49,424 bases of DNA from Bacilli bacterium (GCA_028690575.1 JAQVAY010000002.1:1-49424); one strand, 5' to 3'; shown: positions 16,473-26,666, counted from the stretch's first letter. The notes: generated from the sequence alone by a model not told the origin. Numbers and translations are program-made.

Positions 16473-17663
16473 TTATAGAATGCCTTCAGTTTTTTCGTCA
16501 TCAAAGGCTAGTATTTTGGTCTCGACATTTTGAAGAGCTTCTCTAATTAGTGTTTCATAATCGAACTTCCCTTCGAAGGTTAAAACTTGATCGAGGCGAG
16601 GAGAAGTCTTTGGAGCCTTAGGAGTGAAGATTGTGCAGCAGTCTTCGTACGGGCGAATGGATATGTCATAAGTCCCAATCTTTCGTGATATTTCAATAAT
16701 CTCAGTTTTGTCCATCGTCGCACAGGGACGGAGAATTGGCATATTGGTTACTTCATTTATGACATGCATTGATTGAAGAGTTTGACTAGCCACTTGACCA
16801 ATTGATTCACCGCTCGAAATGACAGGGCATTTTCTTCTTTTTGCTAAACGATCAGCAAGCCGAAACATCATTCTTCGCATCACAGTGATGCAGTAACTTT
16901 CATCCGCATTATCATATATAGCTTCTTGAATCTTAGTAAATGGAATAATGTGAAGGCGAATTCGGGGTTGATATTTATTTAATGTATGAAGTAAATCTTC
17001 TAGTTTATAAATCACTCCAGCTTGAGTATAGGGAGGAGAGGCAAAATGAATGCATTCAATCATCACTCCTCTTTTCATCATCAAGAAAGCGGCGACTGGA
17101 GAATCAATTCCGCCGGAAAGCATATGCATGCTTTTTCCACCGACTCCTAAAGGGTATCCACCAGCTCCTAAGAAGGTGTGACAGAAAATATAGGTTGCTT
17201 CTTCTCTCACTTCAATGGAGAGCATAATATCTGGCTGATGAACATCAACTTTAAGAGTGATGCTTCGAAGGATGTGGCCAGCGATTTCACGGGTGATTTG
17301 TTCGGAGACCAATGGATACTTTTTATCGCTCCTTTTGCATTTGATTTTAAATGTTTGACCCTTCTCCTCTTTGATTAGATTTAGGGCAGCTTGTTTCATC
17401 TCTTCCATATCTCGAGAGCATTTATAAACAAGCGACAAAGAATGTATTCCGCTGATGTCTTGGAGCCTCAAAATAACAGGTTGATAATCAGTCCCATTGA
17501 GAGCGACATAAATGTGGTCATAACGGGTTTCGATTTTCAATAAAGGAAAATCTTTTAAAGCAAAACGAATGTTAACCGCTAATGTTTTAATAAAATCTTT
17601 TTTATTTTTTCCTTTGGTCGATAATTCACCAAAGCGGACCATGATGTGATCGTAAGTAATCAT
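16473..17663 (-). CDS. thiI: tRNA 4-thiouridine synthase ThiI
   Basis: It has the N-terminal ferredoxin-like/THUMP region and the PP-loop SGGIDSPVAA. It is paired with a cysteine desulfurase, as in B. subtilis nifZ-thiI. Confidence 0.92.
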   Translation of the reverse strand: MITYDHIMVRFGELSTKGKNKKDFIKTLAVNIRFALKDFPLLKIETRYDHIYVALNGTDYQPVILRLQDISGIHSLSLVYKCSRDMEEMKQAALNLIKEEKGQTFKIKCKRSDKKYPLVSEQITREIAGHILRSITLKVDVHQPDIMLSIEVREEATYIFCHTFLGAGGYPLGVGGKSMHMLSGGIDSPVAAFLMMKRGVMIECIHFASPPYTQAGVIYKLEDLLHTLNKYQPRIRLHIIPFTKIQEAIYDNADESYCITVMRRMMFRLADRLAKRRKCPVISSGESIGQVASQTLQSMHVINEVTNMPILRPCATMDKTEIIEISRKIGTYDISIRPYEDCCTIFTPKAPKTSPRLDQVLTFEGKFDYETLIREALQNVETKILAFDDEKTEGIL

Positions 17664-18805
17664 CTTTTTATTCCTTTCACCACTTCATCTAAAGAAGATA
17701 AGAAAAGAGAGACGTCACTTTTCGTATTGGTTGTGTCTAAAGAGACACGAAGTGTATTTGAGTATATTTGTTCGGCCTTCCCCATAGCCTTCACTACATA
17801 GCTAAAGGCCTCTTTTCTAGCGTGACAGGCTGAGGTTGAAGAAATCATAATTCCTCGATTAGATAGAGCTTCCACAACGACACTGGCTTTACGATTTTTT
17901 AAAGAAAAATTGATGATGAATGGGCTAGCATCATTTGGGGTATTTATTTCATACAAATCAGCGTTTGCTAATAGGTAAGAACGAATCTGTTGGTTTAATG
18001 GTTTAATATATTCAATTTTGGAAGGGACATCCGCCAGAGCTAAGCGAATAGCTTTACTTAAAGAAACGCCCATCGCGACATCATTGCTTCCAGAGCGAAT
18101 ACCGCCTTCTTGACCGCCTCCCGCTAATAAAGGAAGAAGATCAATTTTTTTCCTTTTTAGGAGAACTCCGCAACTGTTTAGAGCGTTAATTTTATGACCC
18201 GCAATGGTGATGAGATCGACTTTGGAATAATCAAAAAGAATTTTTCCTACCGCTTGAACAGCATCGACATGAAAAATGATTTTTGGATGTTTAGATAGTA
18301 TGGAAGCAATTTCCTTAATGGGATTAATCGCTCCGGTTTCATTATTGACTGCCATTAATGAAACGAGAATCGTTTCATTTGTAATAGCTTTTTTTAAATC
18401 ATCAATATCAATTATTCCATCCTTATTAATGGGCAGATAAGTGACAGTGAATTGAAATTTAGTTTCTAGTTGACGAAAAACTTCCAGAACAGAAGGATGC
18501 TCTGCCACGGAAGTAATGATGTGGCGACCCCGATTAGCGTATTGGAAAGCTGTTCCTTTGATTGCTAGGTTGTTCGCCTCAGTCGCTCCGCTGGTAAAAA
18601 TCACTTCGTGATTAGATAAATGGAAACAATCTAATATTTGTTGTCGAGCCATATCCAAAAGATGAGAGGCTTTTTGCCCCTCAAAATGAATACTGCTGGG
18701 ATTGGCAATAAATTGCTCGATTACTTTTTGATAGGTTTGAAGAATCTCCGGATTAACCAATGTGTTAGCAGCATTGTCAAGATAGATAATTTTACTTTCG
18801 GGCAT
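17660..18805 (-). CDS. iscS: Cysteine desulfurase (class V aminotransferase, NifS/NifZ-like)
   Basis: Motifs YLDNAANT, TSGATEANN, a PLP lysine in AGHKIN and the catalytic Cys loop SSTSACHA. It overlaps thiI by 4 nt. Confidence 0.9.
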   Translation of the reverse strand: MPESKIIYLDNAANTLVNPEILQTYQKVIEQFIANPSSIHFEGQKASHLLDMARQQILDCFHLSNHEVIFTSGATEANNLAIKGTAFQYANRGRHIITSVAEHPSVLEVFRQLETKFQFTVTYLPINKDGIIDIDDLKKAITNETILVSLMAVNNETGAINPIKEIASILSKHPKIIFHVDAVQAVGKILFDYSKVDLITIAGHKINALNSCGVLLKRKKIDLLPLLAGGGQEGGIRSGSNDVAMGVSLSKAIRLALADVPSKIEYIKPLNQQIRSYLLANADLYEINTPNDASPFIINFSLKNRKASVVVEALSNRGIMISSTSACHARKEAFSYVVKAMGKAEQIYSNTLRVSLDTTNTKSDVSLFLSSLDEVVKGIKR

Positions 18806-20531
18806 CCGTTTCTTCCTCTACGTGCATGCGACGATAGATAGCGCTTGCATCATGGTAGACTTTTAAAAATTCACCATCATAAAATGACTTCTCTAAAACG
18901 TTAAGCTGTTGATGGACATCCTTTTGGTGATGCCGATCGCGGTTGGCATATACAATAGCAGATTCCGCTAGTTGGGCTTCGCGACACTTATTTTCCGCAT
19001 CATCAAAGAAGGCATTAGCGACATTTTTTAAAGAATTGGCTTTTTCGTTAATCATTGCCACATCAATCGGTTGAACTTTTAAAGCAATATCGATTTCATT
19101 TAACAGGTTATAGCAGGATTCAATTTGCTCTTTATAGTGATCAGTGAAGTCAGGAATGTCAAGATTGCGTAGCAAGCTTTCTACTTGCTTGCAGTGATAG
19201 TAATACGCAAACACCATGGTGTAAGCCTCTTCACTTGATTCTTTTAGCGAATCTAAATAGGTCTTGAAATCAAGGACTTGGCTATTGGCAGTACTATAAT
19301 CATCGTTCAGTTCATCAAGTTTTCTTTTTAGAATACTAAAAGGTTGTTTAGTGGAAGAATGGATGAAATTATCTAAGTTACGCTTTGAAGCTCCGAGCTT
19401 ATTCATATTCTCTTTGAGTATGTCAATCTTTTCCTTTTGCTCTGATGATATGACATAAACACTATTTACTTCTGGTAAGAGAGAACAAATTTTTAAGAAT
19501 ACTTTTTCTAAATCAATTACTTTGGCGTAGAGAGTGTCACAGGACTTGGTGAAATCATCTTTGTCTTGAGCCTCTTCCGCTAAGAGATTGTGGGTCTCTT
19601 CAATTTCTCGTTGGATCGCATCCAATGACTCCATCACTCCCGCTGTTTGCAGGGCAATTAATTTACGGCGATTCGAATCGAGTGTCATGTTCCAAATATC
19701 AACACGATGTTTATAAGATAGGTTGAATAAAGGAATGCCTGAACTTTCCACATCATTATATTCTTTGGTAAGGGCAGCAATTTTATCGGGGATAATCGAT
19801 TGGGTAAGAATACATAGATTAGGTAATTGACTTAAAGCAGAATCAAGAGCTTTAATAACTTTTCCAATTACTGGAATAAGAGCATTGGCTTCTTCGTACT
19901 CGGCGCTTTCAATGTGATTTTCAAAATCCGAGAAAGAAGTATCGAGTTTATCAAAAACGTGGGTAAAAGAAGAGGCGACAATCTCTAAATCGTTGGAATT
20001 TGCATAGAAAATTTGTTTAACGCGGCGATAGTCTTCTTTGAGACGCAAGACAAGGTGGCGAGCTTCTTCTTCGGGTTTAATTACTTCAAACAAGTCTTTG
20101 TCCAGTTGATTAACTTTCTGTTCAAAAGAAGCAATCGCTTTTTTTGTGTCACCAATGACATTTTTGATATTTTGGAATTGGTTGTTTGCCACCAAGGCTT
20201 TGATTTGTTTGATCATCGACTCTGCAAATTTATCTTCGCCCTCAAATACTTCTTTGAATTTTTTCGAGAACTCATTGTATTTTTCAACGTAGAGTAGATT
20301 GGTGCGAGAGATGATTTCCAAACGATGGATGTATTGAGAATCTTGACCGATTAATAAAGCATCGAGATAGGAGTATTTTCTTTCAAGTTCCTTTACCTGG
20401 CGGCGGATGGTATTTCGCGAAAGGACAAAATGGTATAAAAGGTAAATACCAAGACCAAGTAAAATCGCTGCACCAATACAAATAAGAATGATCCCGATTT
20501 CATTGATACTTGCTAAAACAATATTTGCCAT
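18792..20531 (-). CDS. ezrA: Septation ring formation regulator EzrA
   Basis: There is a single N-terminal TM helix (IILICIGAAILLGLGIYLLYHFVL) followed by about 540 aa of coiled-coil repeats. It is syntenic with nifZ-thiI as in Bacillus. A C-terminal YANRDR patch resembles the conserved EzrA motif. Confidence 0.8.
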   Translation of the reverse strand: MANIVLASINEIGIILICIGAAILLGLGIYLLYHFVLSRNTIRRQVKELERKYSYLDALLIGQDSQYIHRLEIISRTNLLYVEKYNEFSKKFKEVFEGEDKFAESMIKQIKALVANNQFQNIKNVIGDTKKAIASFEQKVNQLDKDLFEVIKPEEEARHLVLRLKEDYRRVKQIFYANSNDLEIVASSFTHVFDKLDTSFSDFENHIESAEYEEANALIPVIGKVIKALDSALSQLPNLCILTQSIIPDKIAALTKEYNDVESSGIPLFNLSYKHRVDIWNMTLDSNRRKLIALQTAGVMESLDAIQREIEETHNLLAEEAQDKDDFTKSCDTLYAKVIDLEKVFLKICSLLPEVNSVYVISSEQKEKIDILKENMNKLGASKRNLDNFIHSSTKQPFSILKRKLDELNDDYSTANSQVLDFKTYLDSLKESSEEAYTMVFAYYYHCKQVESLLRNLDIPDFTDHYKEQIESCYNLLNEIDIALKVQPIDVAMINEKANSLKNVANAFFDDAENKCREAQLAESAIVYANRDRHHQKDVHQQLNVLEKSFYDGEFLKVYHDASAIYRRMHVEEETDARK

Positions 20532-20743
20532 ATATATCTCCTTTCGTCCATGATTTGTACATTAAAAATGTAAGAAACGATATATCACAACTATTTTATC
20601 TTTTTTTCGTTTCAATATGAAACTCTTTTTCCATAAAAAACTTTATTCTTTTAATCCATTGTAGTAAGAATGATATGGTATAAGTTCTTCTATCCTATGG
20701 ATAGGCCAGAATGTTTCGACTTTTTTTATTAGAAATATAATCG

Positions 20744-20772
20744 TTGACTGATTGAAGATAATTCTATATAGT
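20744..20772 (+). promoter_or_regulatory. Sigma-A promoter of rpsD
   Basis: TTGACT (20744-20749), a 17-nt spacer, then TATAGT (20767-20772). Confidence 0.55.
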
Positions 20773-20779
20773 ATTAACT

Positions 20780-20931
20780 GCATATAATGCAGCATGTGAA
20801 TACAGCTTGTCTGACGTTTGACAGCAAAAAAGTAACCTAAGCTCAATGGTGAAAAGTCAAACACCCGAAGCAAGGAATTCACACCTATTCATTATTTTGC
20901 AAAAAAATAAGGAAAGGAAGGAAGATATATC
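20780..20931 (+). promoter_or_regulatory. Long structured 5' UTR of rpsD (candidate S4 autoregulatory leader)
   Basis: About 150 nt lie between the predicted -10 and the ATG. It contains the palindromic hairpin CTGCATATAATGCAG (20779-20793) and a purine-rich RBS, GGAAAGGAAGGAAG. B. subtilis rpsD is autoregulated through its leader. Confidence 0.4.
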
Positions 20932-21537
20932 ATGAGATATACTGGATCAAATTGGAAAAGATCTCGCCGTTTGGGTTTTTCAACACTCGAAACTGGAAAA
21001 GAACTTGCTAAACGTCCCTATGGCCCTGGCCAACATGGTAATGAACGCAAGAGAAAACCATCGGAATACGGCAAACAGTTAATTGAAAAGCAAAAACTCA
21101 GACATATGTATGATGTCAATGAAAGACAATTCCGTCGTCTCTTCATGATTGCGTTACGCAGTAATGAAGTTACCGGATATGCCTTCATGAAATTACTTGA
21201 ATCACGTCTCGATAACCTCGTGTTCCGTATGGGCTTAGCTCGTACTCGCCGCGGTGCTCGTCAATTAGTGAATCACGGACACATCGAAGTCAATGGCAAA
21301 AAAGTCGATATTCCAAGTTATTTGTGCAAAGTTGGTGATGTCATCTCTGTTAGAGAAAACAGCCGCGACTTAAAAGTGATTAAAGAGTCACTCGACTCTC
21401 TCGCCACAAAAGTCGGTTGGGTTGAAGTTGATCACGAAAAACTCTCCGGAAAATTTCTCCGCGAAGTCGATCGTAAAGAATTACCACAAGACATTGTTGA
21501 ATCACAAATCGTTGAATACTATAACCGTAAGTTATAA
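20932..21537 (+). CDS. rpsD: 30S ribosomal protein S4
   Basis: MRYTGSNWKRSRRLGFS... with an S4 RNA-binding domain (LESRLDNLVFRMGLARTRRGARQLVNHGHI). Confidence 0.97.
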   Translation: MRYTGSNWKRSRRLGFSTLETGKELAKRPYGPGQHGNERKRKPSEYGKQLIEKQKLRHMYDVNERQFRRLFMIALRSNEVTGYAFMKLLESRLDNLVFRMGLARTRRGARQLVNHGHIEVNGKKVDIPSYLCKVGDVISVRENSRDLKVIKESLDSLATKVGWVEVDHEKLSGKFLREVDRKELPQDIVESQIVEYYNRKL

Positions 21538-21545
21538 AGACAGCA

Positions 21546-21577
21546 AAAGAGCCAATCAGTTGATCGGCTCTTTTTTA
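21546..21577. terminator. Bidirectional terminator between rpsD and the NAPRT-like gene
   Basis: AAAAGAGCCAATC pairs with GATCGGCTCTTTTTT, giving a stem of about 10 bp with one mismatch. It has an A-run on one side and a T-run on the other, between convergent genes. Confidence 0.75.
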
Positions 21578-21595
21578 TTACTTTTTTAAAAATTT

Positions 21596-22693
21596 TTAGT
21601 AAATTGGATATTTAACTTCTTCGAGATGAGGATTGCTGTAATTGGCTCGTCCTTCTTTTGCTTCTGGTTTGCCATCAAGGACAACGAGATCGCCTGTAAA
21701 GCCACAAGTCATGTTGTTTACAAAGTAAGTTCCCACTCCATACATGCTAACTGGAACCTTCAATTTGCTCCATTCTTTAATCTTTTCCGCATCGAAGGAA
21801 GAAGAGACAATAATTCTCACATAATTGAATCCTTCTTTATCAAGAGCTTCTCTTAAAGCAAAGACCAATTCTTTGCACACGCCATGAGGATCAAATCCAG
21901 AAGTGTCTTTGTCATCAAAATAGTGATCAATCAATGATTTAGAGGTATCAATTCTCACTGCCGAAAGTTTTTCCTTGAGATAATGGGCTAAAATAAGTGA
22001 ATCTCTAACGACATTATTATGATAGTCAATTAACGCGGTAACCTTTTCATTCGGAAATGATTTGGAATAAATATCGGAGGCTTTACAAATATCTCCTCCG
22101 CATACCTGTATTAAAGCATGAGGCATAGTTCCCATGCCTTTACCGCCCCACCACGCTCCTTGAGCGTCAGTTGAGACTTTTCTAATGCCAGCAACATAGG
22201 TAGCGTAGCCATCTCCTACCTGGGTGTGATAATCGTCTTGACGATCTGCCATGGAAAAGACGGGCACATCACCAGCTACTTCGAGAACTTCGTGTACATT
22301 CGTCGCCACGCTTGAGCGACGAGCGAGTATCCCATCAATTACAGATTCCAAAAATCCAAAGTATTCATATTTACCAGTAATTTTTAAAACTGGTTCTAAA
22401 GCTTGAATTATATCGCCATCATGGAGAGCTTCGATTTTTAAAAGCTCGGGATGCTTGGCGAAGGTATGAACAAGGGCGATAGCTTCATCTACTCCACAAA
22501 GCATAGAATTATCGCGTCGTTGAAACCACTGCATGGTCACTATGTGACCGGGAGCATTTTCAGCTACGATTTGTTGCGATTTAATAAAATAATTCGCCGA
22601 GTAAAATCCTTCCCCTAATTTTGATTCAAACTGAAAAGTTCGATTCGTTAAGCGAGATATTTTCCCTGCTTCTTTTAATTCCACTTCGATCAT
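21596..22693 (-). CDS. Nicotinate phosphoribosyltransferase family protein (short, archaeal-like type)
   Basis: It carries GTMPHALIQ, RIDTS, IIVSSSFD, YGVGTYF and GKPEAKEGR, which resemble the type II PRTase (NAPRT/QAPRT) barrel. The assignment is from memory of the family, not from a search. Confidence 0.65.
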   Translation of the reverse strand: MIEVELKEAGKISRLTNRTFQFESKLGEGFYSANYFIKSQQIVAENAPGHIVTMQWFQRRDNSMLCGVDEAIALVHTFAKHPELLKIEALHDGDIIQALEPVLKITGKYEYFGFLESVIDGILARRSSVATNVHEVLEVAGDVPVFSMADRQDDYHTQVGDGYATYVAGIRKVSTDAQGAWWGGKGMGTMPHALIQVCGGDICKASDIYSKSFPNEKVTALIDYHNNVVRDSLILAHYLKEKLSAVRIDTSKSLIDHYFDDKDTSGFDPHGVCKELVFALREALDKEGFNYVRIIVSSSFDAEKIKEWSKLKVPVSMYGVGTYFVNNMTCGFTGDLVVLDGKPEAKEGRANYSNPHLEEVKYPIY

Positions 22694-22695
22694 AT

Positions 22696-23286
22696 TTATT
22701 GTTCTCCTATCTTAAAAAAATCTTCTCCCACCACTCCATCTTCATCGACGAGATTTATCTCATCATCCAAAGAAATACTTAGTTCTCGATTGGAACATAG
22801 ATGAACTTGAGCAGGGTCGCTTGTTTCTTCTACTTCTTGACCGTTATATAATCTCGCTCCGATTAAGGCAGCAACTACTTTATCACCCTCGTTAATATGG
22901 CTAACGAGCTGCCCTGGTAATATTTTACCACCAACATCGATATAGGGGCGAAATAACATGTGGTCTTTTTCTATTTTTGCCACCTGCCCGATGACATAGC
23001 CACTATGAGAATAATGGGCGAGTATATCAAATTGATTATTCTTTAGAATGCTATTGATGATATCGATAAAAACATTAGATGGATAATAGATTAAACCTTT
23101 GGTTTTTATCTTCACAATTTTGCTGATATTAAAGATGTTATATCCAATGATTTCACCATTGTGATAAATTACTGTAACATCAGACTTCTGAATGAAAGAA
23201 GTAGGCATGGCTTTTTGATCAAAAACAATCAATAAGACATCACCAATTTCTTTATAAGAATAATAGATGGAATACTTATCAAACAT
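22696..23286 (-). CDS. ytpR: YtpR-like tRNA-binding protein (DUF4479 plus an EMAP/tRNA_bind OB domain)
   Basis: 196 aa. The C-terminal half (GYVIGQVAKIEKDHMLFRPYIDVGGKILPGQLVSHINEGDKVVAALIGARL) resembles the PheT-type tRNA-binding OB fold. It lies adjacent to trmB in the Bacillus 'yt' synteny. Confidence 0.6.
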   Translation of the reverse strand: MFDKYSIYYSYKEIGDVLLIVFDQKAMPTSFIQKSDVTVIYHNGEIIGYNIFNISKIVKIKTKGLIYYPSNVFIDIINSILKNNQFDILAHYSHSGYVIGQVAKIEKDHMLFRPYIDVGGKILPGQLVSHINEGDKVVAALIGARLYNGQEVEETSDPAQVHLCSNRELSISLDDEINLVDEDGVVGEDFFKIGEQ

Positions 23287-23288
23287 AC

Positions 23289-23900
23289 CTATTCCTTTAT
23301 GGCGACAATTCGATGAATTTTTTGACCTTTTTCGCGAAATGAGATCTCATATTCAGTCATCGCATCAAGAAGGGCCTTTCCATCATAATCATCCAAAACT
23401 TCCAATACCTTAAATTGAGATTCACCAAGTGTCTCTTGAGAAAAGGAAAATAAGTCATCATTATCAGTTTTAATGATCAGTTTCCCTCCCTTAACAAGAA
23501 CCCGATAATACTGTTTTAAATATGTTCCGTAGGTAAGTCTTCTCTTAAAGTGTCTTTTCTTAGGCCAAGGATCAGAGAAATTCAAATAAATATCTAAGAT
23601 GGTGTTGTCTTTGATAGAGGGTAAAATTTCATCAGCAGAAGCTAACATAAGTCGAGCGTTTAAAATTTCATTTTCAACGAGCTTTTTGCACGTAATTCCC
23701 GCGCAGGTCACATTTCGCTCTATCCCTAAAATTAGTAGCTCAGGATTGAGTCCTGCCATGTCGGCGAGAAACTTGCCTTTACCGCTTCCAATTTCTAAAG
23801 CAAAATTACCTTCGATGCCTTTTAATTGATCTAGGGTTACTATCACTTCAGGATGTTCTTCAATATATGGTTTAGTCCAAGATTTGTATTTAGTTCTCAT
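23289..23900 (-). CDS. trmB: tRNA (guanine46-N7)-methyltransferase
   Basis: It carries the signature FSDPWPKKRHFKRRL and the SAM motif LEIGSGKGKF. Confidence 0.93.
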   Translation of the reverse strand: MRTKYKSWTKPYIEEHPEVIVTLDQLKGIEGNFALEIGSGKGKFLADMAGLNPELLILGIERNVTCAGITCKKLVENEILNARLMLASADEILPSIKDNTILDIYLNFSDPWPKKRHFKRRLTYGTYLKQYYRVLVKGGKLIIKTDNDDLFSFSQETLGESQFKVLEVLDDYDGKALLDAMTEYEISFREKGQKIHRIVAIKE

Positions 23901-25266
23901 TAAGCTTTTTACCTAATTCAATAATCGCTCTAGCATAGATTGCCATACTCTTGAATAAGTCTTCTTTTCTGACTTGCTCTCCTGGTGAGTGCATCATCGA
24001 ATCCCAATCAGAAAATTGCATACCGAAGGCGACGATATTATCCGCTTCTTTCGCATATGTTCCTCCGCCGGTTGTTAATGGTTTTGAAACCAAATCTCCT
24101 GTTTCTTCTTGATAAGCAGAAAGAAGTGTTGAAATCAAAGTCGAATCTAGTGGGTAAAACAAGAGTGGAGAAATTGACATCAACTCAATTTCGAATGGTT
24201 GAGCATTGGTTTTTATAGTTTCGATTAACTCTTTTTCATTCACCCCATCGACATGACGGAAGTTCACCACCATGGATAGTTCATTGTTTTCATAATCAAG
24301 AATACCAATATTCAATGTGTTATGGCCCATTGATTCACTCTTGTTAGAGGCTTTGAGACCAGCACCTTCCAAATCAGAAAAGCGCTCAGTTAAAATTTTA
24401 AGATTGTCGTCCTCTAAAAATTCGCCAAGAGCTTTGATAGCAATCATTCCGGCATTAAGTCCTTCTTCGGGTTCAGCGCCATGAGCGGCCTTTCCAATAA
24501 AAGCGACTTCCATTCCTTCATCAACAAAGTTTACTTGAAATTCAATTCCTTCACTTTGTAGCTTTCTTAAAAAGAATTGGTTATCTCTCATTCTGACAAC
24601 ACATCGTTCGATAACCGAGTTACTCGCGACTCCTCCATGGATGTAAAATACACCATTAATATCTAATGATTTTTTAACCTTAAAATTGATAATACCTTTT
24701 TCGCCATAAATAAGTGGAAAATCTGAATCAGGGGAGAATCCTAAGGTCGGTTGAGGCATCTTTAATTCTTGGAAATAATGATGCATACACTTGGAACCAC
24801 GTTCCTCGTTTCCACCCACTAAAAAGCGCACTTGATAGTCCCCTAATAAATGATGATCACGGAGCATTTTCAACGCATAATAACTAGAGAGCAATGGTCC
24901 CTTATCATCAGCTACACCACGAGCACAAAGTACGCCTTTATGTTCGGTCACAGTAAATGGGTTTTGATGCCAACCAGTACCAGCTGGAACAACATCAGCA
25001 TGAGCCATTATGGTGATATTCTTATCTCCTTCACCGGTAATTATTTCCACAACATAATTGTCATAGTTTCTTACTTTAAAACCATCTTTTTTAGCTAACT
25101 CAGCAATGTATTCAAGAGCGTTGGTTACTCCTTTTCCAAATGGGTTCTTTTCGTCGACAGTACTTTCATCATAAACTGAGTCAATGGCCACAAAGGAAGT
25201 AAGACTTTCTAATAGTTCTTCACGATAATCCTTTGATAGTTTTTGATAAATAGAGGCTTTTTGCAT
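23890..25266 (-). CDS. pepV: M20-family dipeptidase (PepV/Sapep type)
   Basis: Motifs MAHADVVPAG, GVADDKGP, GGNEERGS and a C-terminal MHSPGE. Confidence 0.85.
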   Translation of the reverse strand: MQKASIYQKLSKDYREELLESLTSFVAIDSVYDESTVDEKNPFGKGVTNALEYIAELAKKDGFKVRNYDNYVVEIITGEGDKNITIMAHADVVPAGTGWHQNPFTVTEHKGVLCARGVADDKGPLLSSYYALKMLRDHHLLGDYQVRFLVGGNEERGSKCMHHYFQELKMPQPTLGFSPDSDFPLIYGEKGIINFKVKKSLDINGVFYIHGGVASNSVIERCVVRMRDNQFFLRKLQSEGIEFQVNFVDEGMEVAFIGKAAHGAEPEEGLNAGMIAIKALGEFLEDDNLKILTERFSDLEGAGLKASNKSESMGHNTLNIGILDYENNELSMVVNFRHVDGVNEKELIETIKTNAQPFEIELMSISPLLFYPLDSTLISTLLSAYQEETGDLVSKPLTTGGGTYAKEADNIVAFGMQFSDWDSMMHSPGEQVRKEDLFKSMAIYARAIIELGKKLNEN

Positions 25267-25294
25267 ACTTTATTCTCCTAATTCTTTATTTATT

Positions 25295-25897
25295 TTAATT
25301 TTCTTTATACTTGTTTTTATACGGATTGTATTGAGGGAAGGCTCGGGAAAGTGGCCAAGCAATTAAAGGCACAAAAACCGCCGCAGCTGTCATTTCAATA
25401 AGCACATTCAATGATACAATAACATATAACACATTCATGAAATTATCACCAAAAGCCAATGTAGATTTAAAGGCCCAAAGCATAAGAAGGACAAATGCAG
25501 TGTGAAATATTGTTAGAGCAAATGAACTGGCGACTATGCAAACGGATCTAAGGGAGATCGATGGTATCTTTTTTACTAAATCAAATAGGAGCCCAGCAAC
25601 AAGACCAAATACCACGCGAGGTAAAACTGAAATTAAAGGATTAACGAACGCAAAATCTATGGAGCTTGCCGGTCGAGTCAAAGCAATGAATAGACTAAAA
25701 AATCCAAATGCTAGACCAGCGACTAAACCATGTTTCCATCCAAATAACAAAGCGACAACTAAAACAATAATATGTATTGTTGAAATTGAAACAACGCCAT
25801 AATTAATATAACCCACATATGGCACATATGACATCACGGCGATAATGGCGATGATGACAGCCGATAAAGTCATCTGAAATATTACTTTATTTTTCAT
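25295..25897 (-). CDS. ECF transporter substrate-specific (S) component, likely pantothenate-specific (PanT)
   Basis: 200 aa with about 6 TM helices and a typical ECF S-component layout. It overlaps the 3' end of coaX by 11 nt. The substrate is inferred only from this linkage. Confidence 0.6.
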   Translation of the reverse strand: MKNKVIFQMTLSAVIIAIIAVMSYVPYVGYINYGVVSISTIHIIVLVVALLFGWKHGLVAGLAFGFFSLFIALTRPASSIDFAFVNPLISVLPRVVFGLVAGLLFDLVKKIPSISLRSVCIVASSFALTIFHTAFVLLMLWAFKSTLAFGDNFMNVLYVIVSLNVLIEMTAAAVFVPLIAWPLSRAFPQYNPYKNKYKEN

Positions 25898-26666
25898 ACT
25901 TCGCCTCGTTCTTTTTGATGATGATATTCAAGCCAACCAAATTAATATTTGGATCATAAATAAAGGAATCCTTTAATATTTCCTTGGTGTAAATTGCTCC
26001 ACCACCAGTGAGAATATGTTTGGTTGAATAGCCAAGTTCTTTTTCAATTCGATTAACTAAGCCAAGAATCATGTCGCTGTGACCATAAAGGATACCAGCG
26101 TTCATCGCTTCAACAGTATTTTTTGCTAATACTGATTTTGGTTTTTCAAGAGATACACTCGGTAAAAGAGCGGTTCTTTTAGTAAGATTTTCCGCACTTA
26201 TGGAAATACCTGGCATGATTAATGCAGCAGAGAAGTAGCCATTCTTATCAATCAATAAGATTTTGCTAGCGGTCCCTAAATCAGCAATAATACATGGGTA
26301 ACCATATATGTCTTTTGCGCCGACTAAATCAGCGATGAAATCGTTGCCAATTTCTAAAGGGTTATCAACTTTAAAAGATAATCCCGTTTTGATTCCTGGC
26401 TCTATGATCATTAACTCATGCTTAAAAATTGATTTGAAAGCTTCCTTTAAAGGGATGTTTAAAGATGGAACAACAGATGAAAAAATGATGTTCTTAACTA
26501 GATTGATTTCAATGTTTCTATTAGCGACTTGTTGCTTTATTAAAGCCGCATATTCGTCTTGCGATTTGGCCACATCGACTGCCAGGGAAAATTGGTCTAT
26601 AAGATGGGTATCTTCAAAGAGACCAACATTGATTGTGGTATTGCCCACATCGATACATAAATTCAT
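25887..26666 (-). CDS. coaX: Type III pantothenate kinase
   Basis: MNLCIDVGNTTINVGLF, ADLGTASK and TGGGA (ASKHA fold). GGAGGT lies 5 nt upstream of ATG 26666. The longer ORF-track start (26723) would overlap leuS. Confidence 0.9.
   Translation of the reverse strand: MNLCIDVGNTTINVGLFEDTHLIDQFSLAVDVAKSQDEYAALIKQQVANRNIEINLVKNIIFSSVVPSLNIPLKEAFKSIFKHELMIIEPGIKTGLSFKVDNPLEIGNDFIADLVGAKDIYGYPCIIADLGTASKILLIDKNGYFSAALIMPGISISAENLTKRTALLPSVSLEKPKSVLAKNTVEAMNAGILYGHSDMILGLVNRIEKELGYSTKHILTGGGAIYTKEILKDSFIYDPNINLVGLNIIIKKNEAKYEK

Noticed and set aside
20643-20882. 79-aa minus-strand ORF in the ezrA/rpsD intergenic region.
   Set aside because: It lies across the predicted rpsD promoter and leader. 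It has no RBS and a low-complexity, hydrophobic, odd composition. It is most likely a chance ORF in AT-rich non-coding DNA.
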